A DNA stretch of 59,855 bases. Origin: an uncultured bacterium (GTDB lineage Bacteria > Omnitrophota > Gorgyraeia > Ghiorseimicrobiales > Ghiorseimicrobiaceae). Position numbers and translations under genes: made by a program. Under the pieces are notes generated by a model. It ran no database searches and was not told where the DNA came from. It saw nothing but the letters and a program-made list of their open reading frames with translations. Position 1 is the first letter of the stretch, and every line of letters begins with the position of its first letter. This document shows, piece after piece, positions 18,028 through 29,992 of this stretch. Location of the stretch: positions 1 to 59,855 of the forward strand of contig CAJVXN010000007.1 in NCBI GenBank assembly GCA_913009335.1. Reading direction: 5' to 3'.

Positions 18028-18162
18028 ATTTATGAGACCTCAATTTACGCAACGTTAGCGTTCGTAAATTGTATGGTCGAATTAATCCGCCATTGCTTCA
18101 GTGGCGGATAAGTTCAGACAAGTAAGTTATGAGCGTTATCGCTCCATAACTTACGTCCTCAC
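18028..18162 (-). repeat. A-B-C hairpin cassette (copy) at the rpsS-rplV junction
   Basis: Module A is at 18041-18071, B at 18085-18109 (ATCCGCCA-N9-TGGCGGAT) and C at 18122-18154. Confidence 0.8.
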
Positions 18163-18450
18163 TTATGTTTTATCCACAGCTTTCTTAGCCTTTACTCCGC
18201 CGTGTTTTCTGAATGTCCGCGTTGGCGCAAATTCACCCAACTTATGCCCTACCATATTCTCAGTAATAAATACGGGAATATGATTTTTACCATTATGCAC
18301 TGCAAATGTAAGACCAACGAAATCCGGAATAATAGTTGACCTACGTGACCAAGTCTTAATTGGCTGCCTGGTGCCGGATCTACGTGTCCGCTCAACCTTC
18401 TTTAATAACTTCTCATCTATAAAAGGACCTTTTTTAATTGAACGTGGCAT
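18163..18450 (-). CDS. rpsS: ribosomal protein S19
   Basis: N-terminus is [18 protein letters not shown]. Confidence 0.95.
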   Translation of the reverse strand: MPRSIKKGPFIDEKLLKKVERTRRSGTRQPIKTWSRRSTIIPDFVGLTFAVHNGKNHIPVFITENMVGHKLGEFAPTRTFRKHGGVKAKKAVDKT

Positions 18451-18453
18451 GGC

Positions 18454-19287
18454 TTATTTTCTTCTCCTAACAATGTATTGATCTGAATATTTAACCTTTT
18501 TACGAGTTTTAAAACCTTTTGTCGGCTTACCCCAAGGCGTAACCGGATGCGGATTACCCTGTCCTGCTTTTCCTTCTCCACCGCCATGCGGATGATCCAC
18601 TGGATTCATAGCCACTCCTCTTACATGAGGCCTTCTACCCAACCATCGAGATTTACCGGCCTTTCCCATTACCTCAGCCTCATGGCTGATATTACCCACT
18701 TGACCAATCGTAGCATAACAAGCCATCTTTATAAGCCTGACTTCTCCGGAAGGAAGCCTGATATGGGCAGATTTACCTTCTTTGGCCATAATCTGAGCAG
18801 AAGTACCCGCACCTCTAACAATTTTTCCTCCCTGCCCAGGAAACAATTCGATATTATGAATAAGGGTTCCGGAAGGAATATTTTTAATTGGCATGGAATT
18901 ACCAGGTTTAATTTCAATTTCCGGATTATCTCCGCTTATAATTTTATCTCCTACCTTAAGACCTAAAGGCGCGATTATATAACGTTTTTCTTTATCCGGA
19001 TATTCTACAAGAGCAATTCTGCTTGAACGATTCGGGTCATACTCGATAGAAACAACGCTTGCTAAGGCATCTTTTCTATTACGTTTAAAATCAATAATAC
19101 GATACATACGTTTATGTCCGCCGCCTCGATATCTTGCAGTTGTGCGCCCATGACAATTTCTTCCACCTGACTTCTTCAAGGGACGCAAAAGAGATTCCTC
19201 AGGTTTATCCCTAGTAATATCATCAAACTTTGAACGCGTCATGTAACGTAAACTAGGAGTTGTGGGTTTATATCTTCTTATAGCCAT
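18454..19287 (-). CDS. rplB: ribosomal protein L2
   Basis: 277 aa containing [19 protein letters not shown] and [13 protein letters not shown]. Confidence 0.95.
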   Translation of the reverse strand: MAIRRYKPTTPSLRYMTRSKFDDITRDKPEESLLRPLKKSGGRNCHGRTTARYRGGGHKRMYRIIDFKRNRKDALASVVSIEYDPNRSSRIALVEYPDKEKRYIIAPLGLKVGDKIISGDNPEIEIKPGNSMPIKNIPSGTLIHNIELFPGQGGKIVRGAGTSAQIMAKEGKSAHIRLPSGEVRLIKMACYATIGQVGNISHEAEVMGKAGKSRWLGRRPHVRGVAMNPVDHPHGGGEGKAGQGNPHPVTPWGKPTKGFKTRKKVKYSDQYIVRRRK

Positions 19288-19288
19288 T

Positions 19289-19567
19289 TTATGTTGTATC
19301 GATTTTGTGACCTTCTTTTAAGCCAACAATTGCCTTTTTCCAATCTGAAGTATAGCCGGTTTTATGGCGAAGTCTTTTAGCTTTGCCTTTAACAATTTGT
19401 GTATTAACAAAATCTACTTCGACTTTATAAATTTCTGCAACAGCCTTTCTTATCTGAATCTTATTTGCACGATTATCAACCCAAAAAATATACCTACCAA
19501 AAGGCTCATCTAAGCTCGTACTCTTCTCAGTGTGAATTAACGTTTTTACTATATCGTAATTTTCCAT
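19289..19567 (-). CDS. rplW: ribosomal protein L23
   Basis: 92 aa in the conserved position between rplD and rplB. Confidence 0.93.
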   Translation of the reverse strand: MENYDIVKTLIHTEKSTSLDEPFGRYIFWVDNRANKIQIRKAVAEIYKVEVDFVNTQIVKGKAKRLRHKTGYTSDWKKAIVGLKEGHKIDTT

Positions 19568-19636
19568 TAGTATCTATTACTGCTAGCTCTTATTCTCTTA
19601 TATATATTCACAAAAGCATATATTATAACTTGTTTT

Positions 19637-20389
19637 TTACTTAATGTCAAGACTAGAAATACGTTTAATTACTTTTTGCAGCGCACTCTTACTAATCAAA
19701 ATTTTACGGTATCTCAGAACATCGTAAGCAGTAATATCCTGCGGCCTAAGAATACTAAAATTAGATATATTACGCATGCAACGCAACATATCGGGTGTCG
19801 CTTCAAATACCCCTAATGTAGGACGCGTCAACTTCCCCTTAACGGATATTTCCGGCAAGCCGGAAAATATCTTTACTGCCTCTTTTGTCTTTATCTCGTC
19901 AAGCTTTATTTCATCAAGTAAAATTAAATTACCTGAATTCAACTTTGCATTAAGACCCGAGCGTAAAGCAACAAGTCTTATTTTTTTAGGGATGGTATAG
20001 GAAAAATCGCGCGGTCTAGGACCAAACGTAACCCCACCGTGTCTCCATAACGGAGACCGCGAAGATCCTGCACGCGCCCGCCCGGTACCTTTTTGCTTAT
20101 AAGGTTTTTTTCCGCCACCGGAAACCTCGCCTTTTGTTTTAGTGGAAGCGCACCCCATACGGATATTTGCCTGATAGCAAATAACTGCCTGATGTAATAC
20201 TTTCTTATTTACTTTTCCGTCAAAAACTTTTTTATCTAAAACAATATTTTCTACGGCTTTTCCGTCACAGCTATAAACGGGTAATTTAAATTCTCCGGCT
20301 ACTGCCTTGTTTATTTTTTTTCCTGCGCGCTTAACAGGAGAAAGACTCTTTGAGTCTGATTTTTCTCTTTTAAGTATTGCTTCTGACAT
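19637..20389 (-). CDS. rplD: ribosomal protein L4 (N-terminal extension of about 35 aa)
   Basis: Contains GGGKKPYKQKGTGRARAGSSRSPLWRHGGVTFGP. At 250 aa it is longer than the usual roughly 200. Confidence 0.9.
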   Translation of the reverse strand: MSEAILKREKSDSKSLSPVKRAGKKINKAVAGEFKLPVYSCDGKAVENIVLDKKVFDGKVNKKVLHQAVICYQANIRMGCASTKTKGEVSGGGKKPYKQKGTGRARAGSSRSPLWRHGGVTFGPRPRDFSYTIPKKIRLVALRSGLNAKLNSGNLILLDEIKLDEIKTKEAVKIFSGLPEISVKGKLTRPTLGVFEATPDMLRCMRNISNFSILRPQDITAYDVLRYRKILISKSALQKVIKRISSLDIK

Positions 20390-20434
20390 ATCACTACCTC
20401 TAAATTAAACCTAAAAAATAATTAATCTTTAGTT

Positions 20435-21094
20435 TTACTTCTTAGCTTTCGCCTCAACATTCTTTTCTATATTAAGATTTGTACTTTTTTTCTTCTTCGC
20501 GGTCCGAACAGTCAAATAACTATTTTTATGTCCGGGGATAGCGCCTTTTACTGCCAGGATATTTTTTTTACCGTCAACATGCACCACTTTTAAATTTTGA
20601 GTAGTAACAGTCTCATGCCCCATATGCCCGGGCATATGAGTCCCCCTGAAAACACGCGAAGGATCAGAACTTGCGCCTATTGAGCCTACTCGACGATGAC
20701 TAGTATGACCATGTGTCTTTGGCTGTCCACTCCAATTCCAACGCTTCATACCCCCCTGAAAACCTTTACCGATTGAGATGCCGATAACATCCACAAAATC
20801 CCCTTCTTTGAATATATCGACTTTTAACTCCTGACCAATTTTATAATCCTTAGGGTTATCAACTTTGACCTCTTTAATAATAGCTTTCGGGGCAATGCCC
20901 AACTTTTTAAACATCCCCTGAATTGGACGTTTAAGACGTTTCTCTTCAACATCTACAGATCCAATTTGAATACTTTTTACTAAAGTTTTAAGCACAACAC
21001 AAGGAGAAACCTCTATTACACTTACAGGAATAAACTTACCCTCTTCTCCGAAAATTTGCGTCATTCCAATTTTTTTACCTAATAAACCAATCAT
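20435..21094 (-). CDS. rplC: ribosomal protein L3
   Basis: N-terminus is MIGLLGKKIGMTQIF. Confidence 0.95.
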   Translation of the reverse strand: MIGLLGKKIGMTQIFGEEGKFIPVSVIEVSPCVVLKTLVKSIQIGSVDVEEKRLKRPIQGMFKKLGIAPKAIIKEVKVDNPKDYKIGQELKVDIFKEGDFVDVIGISIGKGFQGGMKRWNWSGQPKTHGHTSHRRVGSIGASSDPSRVFRGTHMPGHMGHETVTTQNLKVVHVDGKKNILAVKGAIPGHKNSYLTVRTAKKKKSTNLNIEKNVEAKAKK

Positions 21095-21232
21095 ATTTTA
21101 ATGAGACCGCAATTTGCGAAATTTCAATTTTCGTAAATTGTATGGTCGTTTTAATCCGCCACTGAATCAATGGCGGATAAGTTCGGACACATAGGTTACG
21201 AACGCTTATCGCTCCGTAACTTATATCCTCAC
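21095..21232 (-). repeat. A-B-C hairpin cassette (copy) at the rpsJ-rplC junction
   Basis: Module A is at 21110-21140, B at 21154-21178 and C at about 21190-21224. It begins immediately after the rpsJ stop and ends CTCATTAAAAT before the rplC ATG. Confidence 0.8.
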
Positions 21233-21532
21233 TTATTTAATTTCCGCAGCTACCCCCGAAGGAAGATTTAATTTCCTCAGCGCATCAACGGTTTTTGCCG
21301 TTGGATCCACTAGCTCAAGAAGGCGTCTATGTGTAAATAAACCAAACTGCTCTCTAGCTCTTTTATCAATGACCGGAGACTTAAGAACCGTATATATCTC
21401 TTTCTTTGTCGGAAGAGGAATAGGACCTGAAACACGAGCCCCTGTTCTTTTGGCTGTCTCTACAATCTCCAGGATCGATTGATCCAGAAGCCTATGGTCA
21501 TAAGCTTTTAACTTAATACGTATCGTCTGCAT
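21233..21532 (-). CDS. rpsJ: ribosomal protein S10
   Basis: N-terminus is [19 protein letters not shown]. Confidence 0.95.
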   Translation of the reverse strand: MQTIRIKLKAYDHRLLDQSILEIVETAKRTGARVSGPIPLPTKKEIYTVLKSPVIDKRAREQFGLFTHRRLLELVDPTAKTVDALRKLNLPSGVAAEIK

Positions 21533-21627
21533 TTTAATGAGACCGCAATTTACGCAACGTTAACGTTGCGTAAATTGTATGGTCGAATTAACCCCGCCAA
21601 AGGCGAGGTAAGTTCCTATCTAACAAA
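21533..21627 (-). repeat. A-B hairpin cassette (copy) at the tuf-rpsJ junction
   Basis: Module A is a perfect 14-bp stem, CAATTTACGCAACG-TTAA-CGTTGCGTAAATTG, at 21546-21577. Module B is at 21591-21609. Confidence 0.8.
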
Positions 21628-22830
21628 TTAAGCGATTACCTCAGACACTACACCTGCACCTACCGTATGTCCGCCTTCACGAATTGCAAAGCGTGATTCC
21701 TTTTCCATAGCAATAGGTATAATTAATTCAACCTCTAAAACCACATTGTCTCCGGGCATGACCATCTCAGTGCCCTCAGGTAATTTTACATTCCCTGTAA
21801 CATCAGTAGTTCTGAAGTAAAACTGCGGCCTGTATCCGGTAAAGAAAGGAGTATGTCTTCCACCCTCTTCTTTACTTAAGATGTAAACCTGGGCTTTAAA
21901 TTTGGTATGAGGCGTAATTGATCCGCTTGCTGCCATTACCATCCCACGTTCCATGCTTTCCTTTTCAATACCCCTTAAAAGTAAACCTACATTATCACCG
22001 GCCTGCCCCTCATCTAGTAATTTACGGAACATTTCAATTCCAGTAACAACAGTAGTGCTTACTTCTGGACGTAATCCCACAATATCAACTTCCTCATTAA
22101 GCTTCACTTTTCCTCTTTCGATTCTTCCCGTAGCTACCGTGCCACGTCCTTCAATAGAGAAAACGTCTTCTACTGCCATAAGAAACGGCTTATCCATGTC
22201 ACGTTTAGGTAAAGGAATAAAATCATCTATCGCTTTCATAAGATCGCTAATAGGCTTACACTTTGGGCAATCATCTTTTGCGCATCCACACTCCATTGCC
22301 TGAAGCGCGCTGCCTTTAATTATAGGAACATTATCTCCATCAAACTGATATTTTGAAAGAAGCTCTCTTGTTTCCATTTCTACCAAATCAATCAACTCCT
22401 TATCATCTACCTGGTCAACTTTATTTAAGAAAACAACGACTGCCGGAACATTGACCTGACGCGCAAGCAATATATGCTCTCTTGTCTGAGGCATCGGTCC
22501 GTCTGCAGCAGAAACAACCAGAATTCCACCATCCATCTGAGCTGCACCAGTAACCATATTTTTGATATAATCAGCATGACCCGGGCAATCAATATGAGCA
22601 TAATGCCTATTTTCCGTCTGATACTCTACATGCGCAATATTAATCGTCACTCCTCTTTCTTTTTCTTCCGGAGCATTATCAATAGAATCATAACTTCTTG
22701 TTTCTGCAAACCCTTTTTTACTTAATAACATAGTTATCGCGGAAGTTAAAGTTGTCTTACCGTGATCAACGTGTCCTATTGTTCCAATATTGACATGCGG
22801 CTTACTTCTTACGAATTTTTCTTTAGCCAT
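21628..22830 (-). CDS. tuf: elongation factor Tu
   Basis: From the ATG at 22828-22830 behind a GGAGG the protein reads [27 protein letters not shown]. Confidence 0.95.
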   Translation of the reverse strand: MAKEKFVRSKPHVNIGTIGHVDHGKTTLTSAITMLLSKKGFAETRSYDSIDNAPEEKERGVTINIAHVEYQTENRHYAHIDCPGHADYIKNMVTGAAQMDGGILVVSAADGPMPQTREHILLARQVNVPAVVVFLNKVDQVDDKELIDLVEMETRELLSKYQFDGDNVPIIKGSALQAMECGCAKDDCPKCKPISDLMKAIDDFIPLPKRDMDKPFLMAVEDVFSIEGRGTVATGRIERGKVKLNEEVDIVGLRPEVSTTVVTGIEMFRKLLDEGQAGDNVGLLLRGIEKESMERGMVMAASGSITPHTKFKAQVYILSKEEGGRHTPFFTGYRPQFYFRTTDVTGNVKLPEGTEMVMPGDNVVLEVELIIPIAMEKESRFAIREGGHTVGAGVVSEVIA

Positions 22831-22853
22831 ATTTACCTCCTTGCTTTCTCTTA

Positions 22854-22884
22854 TTGGCAGCATGTTTTAAAAACATGCTGCCAA
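22854..22884 (-). other. perfect 15-bp inverted repeat in the fusA-tuf spacer
   Basis: TTGGCAGCATGTTTT-A-AAAACATGCTGCCAA. Confidence 0.7.
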
Positions 22885-22900
22885 CAAACTGTCATTATTA

Positions 22901-24985
22901 TTAAGACGTTGTTGCTGCTCCTTGATTTATTATTTTCTGAGATATATGTGAAGGCACCTCCGCATAATTCGAAGGCTCCATTGTATAGGATGCTCTACCC
23001 TGAGTAATTGACCTCAGGCCCGTAGCATAACCAAACATTTCCGCCAGCGGAACATTACCGCGTATTAACCGCACATTACCGCGTTTACCCACGGAAATAA
23101 TTTTTCCGCGCTTCGAAGTTAAATCACCAATTACCGTACCCATATATTCGTCCGGAACCACTATTTCAATATCCATTATCGGTTCAAGCAATACAGCCCC
23201 ACCAGTTCTTAAACCCTCGGATAAACCAATACCTGCCGCCATCTGAAATGACAATTCCGAAGAATCCACGTCATGATAAGAACCGTCAACAAGCGTTACC
23301 ACTAAATCAATTACGGGATAACCGGCCAATATTCCACTTTTAGCTGCGGCAAATAAACCCTTCTTAACTGCCGGGATAAACTCACGAGGAATAGCCCCTC
23401 CCCTAATCTTGTCTATAAATTCTATCTCTGACTTTGCCTCCTCAGCCGGTGCCATCTCAAAAACTACATGTCCATACTGACCTCTTCCGCCTGACTGCTG
23501 AACAAACTTACCTACAACACCGGTTATTTTCTTTGTAATTGTTTCTTTATAGGCAACCTGCGGACGACCGACATTCGCGTCAACATTAAATTCGCGGGAA
23601 ATTCTATCAATCAATACTTCCAGATGTAACTGCCCCATACCGGAAATAATATTTTCACCAGTCTCAGAATTATAACTAACCTTAAATGAAGGATCTTCAT
23701 CTTCAAGTTTTTTAAGAGCCAACGCAAGTTTTTCCTGATCAACCTTTGTCTTAGGTTCAATAGATTGAGATATAACCGGCTCGGGAAATTTCATCGGTTC
23801 GACGATAATTTCTGACTCTTTATCACAAAGGGTATCACCCGTCTTAGTATCTTTAAGTCCAACGATAGCCGCGATATCTCCCGTCGCAACCTCAGGAATA
23901 ATCTCTTGTTTATTGGCATGCATCTGCACAATTTTTGCCACTCTTTCTTTTGAGCGGCGCGTAGAATTATACGCATAAGTTCCAGAAGTAAGTTTCCCTG
24001 AATAAACACGTATATAATTGAGCCTTCCCACATACGGGTCGGTTGCAACTTTAAAACACAAAGCGCAAAACGGCGCATCATCAGAAACTTTTATTTCCTC
24101 GTATTCATCATTATCTTTCATCCCCTTAATTGAAGGAACATCAACAGGTGAAGGCAAATATTCACAAATCGAATCTAATAAAAGCTGTACACCCTTATTT
24201 TTAAAAGATGAACCACAAAGAACAGGGACAAAATGCCCCTTTATGACTGCTAAACGTATCGCTTTATAAATTTCATCTGCACTTATCGGCTGGTTATCTA
24301 AGAATTTCTCCATAATAGAATCATTTGCATCCGAAAGTTTCTCCAGCATCATTTCTCTATATTTCTCAACCTTCTCCTTATAATCATCAGGAATATCTTT
24401 AGTCTCGTAATCCTTACCCTCTTCATCCTTATAATAATAAAATTTCTCTTTAATAATATCGATAACCCCATCAAAACTATCTTCGACGCCATGTGGAATT
24501 TGCACAGGAGCTGCATTTGCACCCAAGCGTTCATGCATCTGCTTTAAAACACTATAAAAATCCGCCCCTGTTCTATCCATTTTATTTATATAAGCAATTC
24601 TAGGAACATTATATCTATCGGCCTGACGCCATACGGTCTCTGACTGAGGCTCAACTCCACCCACTCCGCAAAAAAGAACTACGGCACCATCTAAAATCTT
24701 TAATGATCTTTCCACCTCAACGGTAAAATCCACATGCCCCGGCGTATCAATGATATTTATACGGCAATCTCTCCAAAAACAAGTAGTTGCAGCCGATGTT
24801 ATGGTTATTCCTCTTTCCTGCTCCTGCTCCATCCAATCCATCGTAGCCGTACCTTCATGCACCTCCCCTAACTTATAGGTTTTTCCGGTATAAAAAAGTA
24901 CACGTTCTGTAGTTGTGGTCTTGCCCGCATCAATGTGGGCAATGATCCCGATATTCCTAATTTTATCTAACGGAGTTCTTTTCAT
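22901..24985 (-). CDS. fusA: elongation factor G
   Basis: 694 aa containing [20 protein letters not shown]. Confidence 0.95.
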   Translation of the reverse strand: MKRTPLDKIRNIGIIAHIDAGKTTTTERVLFYTGKTYKLGEVHEGTATMDWMEQEQERGITITSAATTCFWRDCRINIIDTPGHVDFTVEVERSLKILDGAVVLFCGVGGVEPQSETVWRQADRYNVPRIAYINKMDRTGADFYSVLKQMHERLGANAAPVQIPHGVEDSFDGVIDIIKEKFYYYKDEEGKDYETKDIPDDYKEKVEKYREMMLEKLSDANDSIMEKFLDNQPISADEIYKAIRLAVIKGHFVPVLCGSSFKNKGVQLLLDSICEYLPSPVDVPSIKGMKDNDEYEEIKVSDDAPFCALCFKVATDPYVGRLNYIRVYSGKLTSGTYAYNSTRRSKERVAKIVQMHANKQEIIPEVATGDIAAIVGLKDTKTGDTLCDKESEIIVEPMKFPEPVISQSIEPKTKVDQEKLALALKKLEDEDPSFKVSYNSETGENIISGMGQLHLEVLIDRISREFNVDANVGRPQVAYKETITKKITGVVGKFVQQSGGRGQYGHVVFEMAPAEEAKSEIEFIDKIRGGAIPREFIPAVKKGLFAAAKSGILAGYPVIDLVVTLVDGSYHDVDSSELSFQMAAGIGLSEGLRTGGAVLLEPIMDIEIVVPDEYMGTVIGDLTSKRGKIISVGKRGNVRLIRGNVPLAEMFGYATGLRSITQGRASYTMEPSNYAEVPSHISQKIINQGAATTS

Positions 24986-24991
24986 TTTAAT

Positions 24992-25462
24992 TTACCAACG
25001 AAAATGCGCAAATGCCTTATTTGCTTCTGCCATTTTATGTGTATCATCTTTCTTTTTTATACATGATCCTTCGCCTTTATAGGCAGCGAATATCTCATCG
25101 GCTAGCTTTTCTACCATTGGCTTGCCTTTACGCGAAGTTGCAAAATCCTTTATCCAGCGAAGCGCTATGGACATTCCCTTATCATGGCTAATCTCTATAG
25201 GAACCTGATAAGTCGCACCCCCTACGCGCCGGGGTTTTACCTGTACCCTGGGCATGGCATTATCTAATGCTTTATAAAATACCTTCAAAGCATCTGGTTC
25301 ACCAGACTTATCCTTAACTTTATCCAACGCACCATAAAGAATGCTTTCAGCAATAGACTTCTTTCCTTTACGCATAAGGATATTGATAAACTTAGCCACT
25401 ACCTTACTATTAAATTTCGCATCAGGCATTATTTCTCTTTTCTTACTATTTCCTCTTCTCAT
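24992..25462 (-). CDS. rpsG: ribosomal protein S7
   Basis: From the ATG at 25460-25462 the protein reads MRRGNSKKREIMPDAKFNSKVV. Confidence 0.93.
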   Translation of the reverse strand: MRRGNSKKREIMPDAKFNSKVVAKFINILMRKGKKSIAESILYGALDKVKDKSGEPDALKVFYKALDNAMPRVQVKPRRVGGATYQVPIEISHDKGMSIALRWIKDFATSRKGKPMVEKLADEIFAAYKGEGSCIKKKDDTHKMAEANKAFAHFRW

Positions 25463-25568
25463 TTTTAATAAACTCCATAATCCCAAATTTTCGGGACCGT
25501 TAAGATTAATTCTTCACCTGCAAATTTTACAGGCAATCCCGAACCTTTCAGGATAATATTGATGTTGA

Positions 25569-25940
25569 TTACTTAGGTCTCTTCGCTCCGTACTTTGAAC
25601 GGCTACGTTTTCTATCGGCAACACCTGCCGTATCCAGAGTACCTCGGACAATATGATAACGCACACCTGGCAGATCTTTAACCCTACCGCCTCTTACCAA
25701 AACAATACCGTGCTCTTGCAAATTGTGTCCTTCGCCAGGAATATAAGCTGTTATCTCTATACCTGTTGTAAGTCTTACACGAGCAATTTTCCTAAGCGCC
25801 GAATTAGGCTTCTTAGGCGTCATTGTTCTAACCTGTACACACACTCCGCGTCTTTGCGGACACGCACGAAGCGCGGGTGATTTTGATTTTTTCTTCTGTA
25901 ATGTCCTACCTTTTCTAATTAATTGTAATATTGTCGGCAT
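25569..25940 (-). CDS. rpsL: ribosomal protein S12
   Basis: N-terminus is [12 protein letters not shown], and [10 protein letters not shown] is present. Confidence 0.95.
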   Translation of the reverse strand: MPTILQLIRKGRTLQKKKSKSPALRACPQRRGVCVQVRTMTPKKPNSALRKIARVRLTTGIEITAYIPGEGHNLQEHGIVLVRGGRVKDLPGVRYHIVRGTLDTAGVADRKRSRSKYGAKRPK

Positions 25941-25954
25941 ATTTTATTCCCTAT

Positions 25955-28900
25955 TTAGGCTGATTTCGTAACTTCTTCTTTTTTCTCAAGCTGTTTTTCT
26001 CTAATTAGTTCTATTACCTGATGCTTATTGAAACTCGTCCCTGCAGGAATCAAATGCCCTACAATGACATTTTCCTTAAGCCCGAATAATTCATCCTCTC
26101 TCCCTGCAGCAGCTGCCTCGGTAAGAATCTTCGTAGTCTCCTGAAAACTTGCCGCAGAAATAAAACTCTCTGTGCTAAGAGAAGCTTTAGTAATACCTAG
26201 CAATAACGGAGTAGCCGAAGCAGGTTTCCCTTTCTTCTTTCGTACTAGCTCATTTTCATTACGAAAATGCCATTTATCAACCTGCTGATTAGCTAAAAAC
26301 TTTGTATCTCCGGGATCTTCAATCTTTACCTTCTTAAGCATCTGCCTGATTATTACCTCAATATGTTTGTCGTTAATGCGTACTCCCTGTAAACGGTAAA
26401 TCTCTTGAACTTCATTTACCAAATATTCCTGCAATACCTTATCTCCGCAGACTCGTAATATATCTTGAGGAACTACAGGCCCATCGGTCAACTGCTGACC
26501 CGCGTCTACACGATCCCCTTTATACACATTAGGATGTTTTCCATGTGGTATACTGTATTCACGCTTCATACCCGTCGGACTTTTTATTATAATCGCGCGT
26601 TGTCCTTTTTTAGTTTCACCAAACTCTACGAAACCGTCAATTTCTGAAATTACCGCAGGATCCTTCGGACGTCTTGCCTCGAATAATTCTGCAACACGAG
26701 GTAGTCCTCCAGTAATATCCCTAGTCTTACCTACAAGACGAGGAATTTTTGCCAGTAACTCACCAGCCTTAACCTTATTCCCATCATCAACAAGAATATG
26801 CGCACCTGTAGGTATAGGATAGATACCGGATACCTCTCCTTTTTCATCGGTAATTAAAATATGAGGGTGATAATCCACGCGATGTTCTACAATTACCCTC
26901 TCCATTAACTTTGTTGTAGAATTTAACTCCTTACGCATCGTGATATTTTCTTTAATATCCTCAAACTTTACTGTTCCGGCAACTTCGGTTAATGTGGGAA
27001 CCATATACGGATCCCAACGAATAAATATCTTATCTTTTTCAGCCTGTTTTCCGTCAGCGACATATATAAACGCGCCCTGAGGAACAGGATAACGTTCAAA
27101 TTCGCGTCCTTCAGCATCATTAATACTTATCATACCGCTTCTATTTAAAACAACAAATTCCTTACCGCGATCGACTATCCTTAAATTATGATATTTAACA
27201 AAACCCTTATTTTTTGCCTTTAAATATGATTGTTCAACTACGCGACTAGCTGTTCCACCGATATGAAACGTCCTCATCGTTAACTGTGTACCCGGCTCAC
27301 CTATAGATTGAGCGGCAATAACACCTATTGCCTCCCCTAATTCAGCTAATCTTCCCGTAGCTAAATTGCGGCCATAGCATTTTGCGCACACCCCTCTGGC
27401 AGTTTCACAGGTTAAAACACTGCGGATACGAATTTTTTCAATTCCTAGGCGCGTGATCATATCTGCTTTTTGCCCGATGATTTCACTCCCCGCCTCAACA
27501 ACAGTTTCATCGGTAATAATATCGACAACATTATCAAGGGCAATCCTGCCCGTAATACGATCTTTAAGACTCACAACGACTTCATCACCTTCAATAATCG
27601 CAGCAAGGGTTATACCGTTTAATGTGCCGCAATCCACCTCAGTAATAATTACTTCCTGTGCTACGTCTACTAAACGCCGCGTTAAATACCCCGCATCAGC
27701 AGTCTTAAGTGCTGTATCAGCCAGACCTTTTCTTGCGCCATGCGTTGAAATAAAGTATTCTAAAACAGTAAGGCCCTCTCTAAAGTTTGCCGTTATCGGA
27801 CTCTCAATAATCTCACCTGATGGCTTTGCCATAAGACCACGCATACCGGCAAGCTGACGAATCTGTAGACGTGAACCACGAGCACCACTATCTGCCATCA
27901 TAAATATAGGATTAAAACTATCCATTTCATTAAACACTAAATCAGAAATTTTATCAGTAGCATGGGTCCAGATATCTATTACTTTATTGTAGCGCTCACG
28001 ATTAGTAATTACACCCTTGCGATATTGATCTTCGACTTTCGATACATCAACTTTTGCACTTGTTAATACTACACTTTTCTGTTGAGGTACTTTAAGATCA
28101 TCGATAGCTATAGATATCCCGGCAAGAGTAGCATGCTCAAATCCCAGGCGTTTTAAATCATCAAGAAGTTTTATCGTGCGATTATGCCCGAAGCGTTTAT
28201 AACAAATAGCAACAACCGTTCCGACTTTTCCCTTATCTAATCCCTCGTTTACAAACCCAAATCCATCGGGTAACTGGGTATTAAAAATCGCCCGTCCTAC
28301 AGTCGTCTCTATTATTCTTTTTTCCTCTATAAATTTATCTTCAGAGATATCGTAAACACTAAGGACTCTTAATTTAATCTTTGCCTGAAGATGCAACGCT
28401 TTATCATTATGGGCAATTATTGCCTCATTGGCATTGGCAAAAATTTTACCTTCACCTTTAGCCTGTGGTTTTTCCTTTGTAAGAAAAGCTATTCCTAAAA
28501 TAATGTCCTGCGTAGGGGTAACAATCGGACGACCGTCCGCGGGAGAAAATATATTATTCACAGAAAGCATTAAGATGCGGCTTTCTATCTGAGATTCCAG
28601 AGAAAGAGGCACATGCACTGCCATCTGATCCCCATCAAAATCCGCATTAAAGGCATTACATACCAAAGGATGAATCTTAATTGCCTTTCCTTCGATTAAA
28701 ACAGGAAAAAACGCCTGGATGCTCAATCGATGCAAAGTCGGAGCTCTGTTTAAAAGCACAGGATGATCGCGGATAACCTCATCCAAAATATCCCATACTT
28801 CAATCTTACCGCGATCAACCATCCGACGCGCACCTTTAATCGTATGAACAAAACCTTTTTCTCTAAGTTTTTTAATTATAAACGGCTCAAACAATTCCAA

Positions 28901-29992
28901 AGCCATTCTCTTAGGAAGCCCGCATTGATGAAGCGCAAGCTCAGGCCCGACTACAATTACAGAACGGCCGGAATAATCAACGCGCTTACCTAATAAATTT
29001 TGTCTAAACCTACCCTGCTTACCCTTCAACATATCAGAAAGCGACTTAAGCGGCCGATTATTTGCCCCGGGAACAGCGCGTCCATGTCTGCCATTATCCA
29101 ATAACGCATCAACTGCCTCCTGAAGCATTCGCTTCTCATTGCGAATAATAATACCAGGCGCATTTAATTCCATAAGCTTTTTAAGTCTGTTGTTTCTATT
29201 GATAACACGACGGTATAAATCATTCAAATCAGAAGTTGCAAATCTCCCGCCATCTAAAGGAACCAATGGACGTAAATCAGGAGGGATAACCGGTAATATT
29301 TCAAGGATCATATACTCCGGTTTATTCCCGGATGCTTTAAAATCTTCAATGATTTTTAAAGTCTTACTGAGCTTACGGGCAGTAGCACTCTCTCTATCAT
29401 TAGCAAGGCTTTTATGAATTCTCCGGGATAAAGCATTTAGATCTACTTCCTTTAATAAATCCTTTATTGCCTCGGCACCTATCTTTGCTTTAAATGTCGC
29501 ACCATACTTCTCCAGGCATTCTCTATATTTTTCTTCGGCTAAAAGCTCATTTTTCTTTAAAGGAGATTCTCCGGGATCAACAACAACATATTCTTCATAA
29601 TAGATAACTTTCTCAATCGCCCGCAAGGTCATATCTAGAAGCGCTGAAATTCTACTCGGGACCACCTTAAAAAACCAAATGTGTGTAACAGGCGTCGCAA
29701 GATCAATGTGTCCCATGCGCTCGCGCCTGACCTGAGACTTTGTTACCTCAACCGCGCAACGGTCACATACCGTATTTTTATGTTTAATCCCTTTGTATTT
29801 TCCACAATTACACTCCCAGTCACGAACCGGGCCGAATATTTTTTCACAGAACAATCCGTCTTTTTCAGGTTTAAGCGTCCTGTAATTTATTGTTTCTGCC
29901 TTCCTTACCTCTCCTCTGGACCAAGATTTTATCGTCTGAGGTGATGCTATTTTTATAGAGATACTCTTAAATAAACTGGCATCTTCACTCAT
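25955..29992 (-). CDS. rpoC: RNA polymerase beta' subunit
   Basis: 1345 aa with NADFDGDQM and a Zn finger CNCGKY..C..C. Confidence 0.95.
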   Translation of the reverse strand: MSEDASLFKSISIKIASPQTIKSWSRGEVRKAETINYRTLKPEKDGLFCEKIFGPVRDWECNCGKYKGIKHKNTVCDRCAVEVTKSQVRRERMGHIDLATPVTHIWFFKVVPSRISALLDMTLRAIEKVIYYEEYVVVDPGESPLKKNELLAEEKYRECLEKYGATFKAKIGAEAIKDLLKEVDLNALSRRIHKSLANDRESATARKLSKTLKIIEDFKASGNKPEYMILEILPVIPPDLRPLVPLDGGRFATSDLNDLYRRVINRNNRLKKLMELNAPGIIIRNEKRMLQEAVDALLDNGRHGRAVPGANNRPLKSLSDMLKGKQGRFRQNLLGKRVDYSGRSVIVVGPELALHQCGLPKRMALELFEPFIIKKLREKGFVHTIKGARRMVDRGKIEVWDILDEVIRDHPVLLNRAPTLHRLSIQAFFPVLIEGKAIKIHPLVCNAFNADFDGDQMAVHVPLSLESQIESRILMLSVNNIFSPADGRPIVTPTQDIILGIAFLTKEKPQAKGEGKIFANANEAIIAHNDKALHLQAKIKLRVLSVYDISEDKFIEEKRIIETTVGRAIFNTQLPDGFGFVNEGLDKGKVGTVVAICYKRFGHNRTIKLLDDLKRLGFEHATLAGISIAIDDLKVPQQKSVVLTSAKVDVSKVEDQYRKGVITNRERYNKVIDIWTHATDKISDLVFNEMDSFNPIFMMADSGARGSRLQIRQLAGMRGLMAKPSGEIIESPITANFREGLTVLEYFISTHGARKGLADTALKTADAGYLTRRLVDVAQEVIITEVDCGTLNGITLAAIIEGDEVVVSLKDRITGRIALDNVVDIITDETVVEAGSEIIGQKADMITRLGIEKIRIRSVLTCETARGVCAKCYGRNLATGRLAELGEAIGVIAAQSIGEPGTQLTMRTFHIGGTASRVVEQSYLKAKNKGFVKYHNLRIVDRGKEFVVLNRSGMISINDAEGREFERYPVPQGAFIYVADGKQAEKDKIFIRWDPYMVPTLTEVAGTVKFEDIKENITMRKELNSTTKLMERVIVEHRVDYHPHILITDEKGEVSGIYPIPTGAHILVDDGNKVKAGELLAKIPRLVGKTRDITGGLPRVAELFEARRPKDPAVISEIDGFVEFGETKKGQRAIIIKSPTGMKREYSIPHGKHPNVYKGDRVDAGQQLTDGPVVPQDILRVCGDKVLQEYLVNEVQEIYRLQGVRINDKHIEVIIRQMLKKVKIEDPGDTKFLANQQVDKWHFRNENELVRKKKGKPASATPLLLGITKASLSTESFISAASFQETTKILTEAAAAGREDELFGLKENVIVGHLIPAGTSFNKHQVIELIREKQLEKKEEVTKSA

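Noticed and set aside
23791-24534. Minus-strand ORFs 23791-24081 and 24349-24534 inside fusA. The similar ORF 18729-18917 lies inside rplB.
   Set aside because: These are alternative frames of highly conserved genes, rich in Arg, Leu and Ile. They are frame-shadow ORFs.
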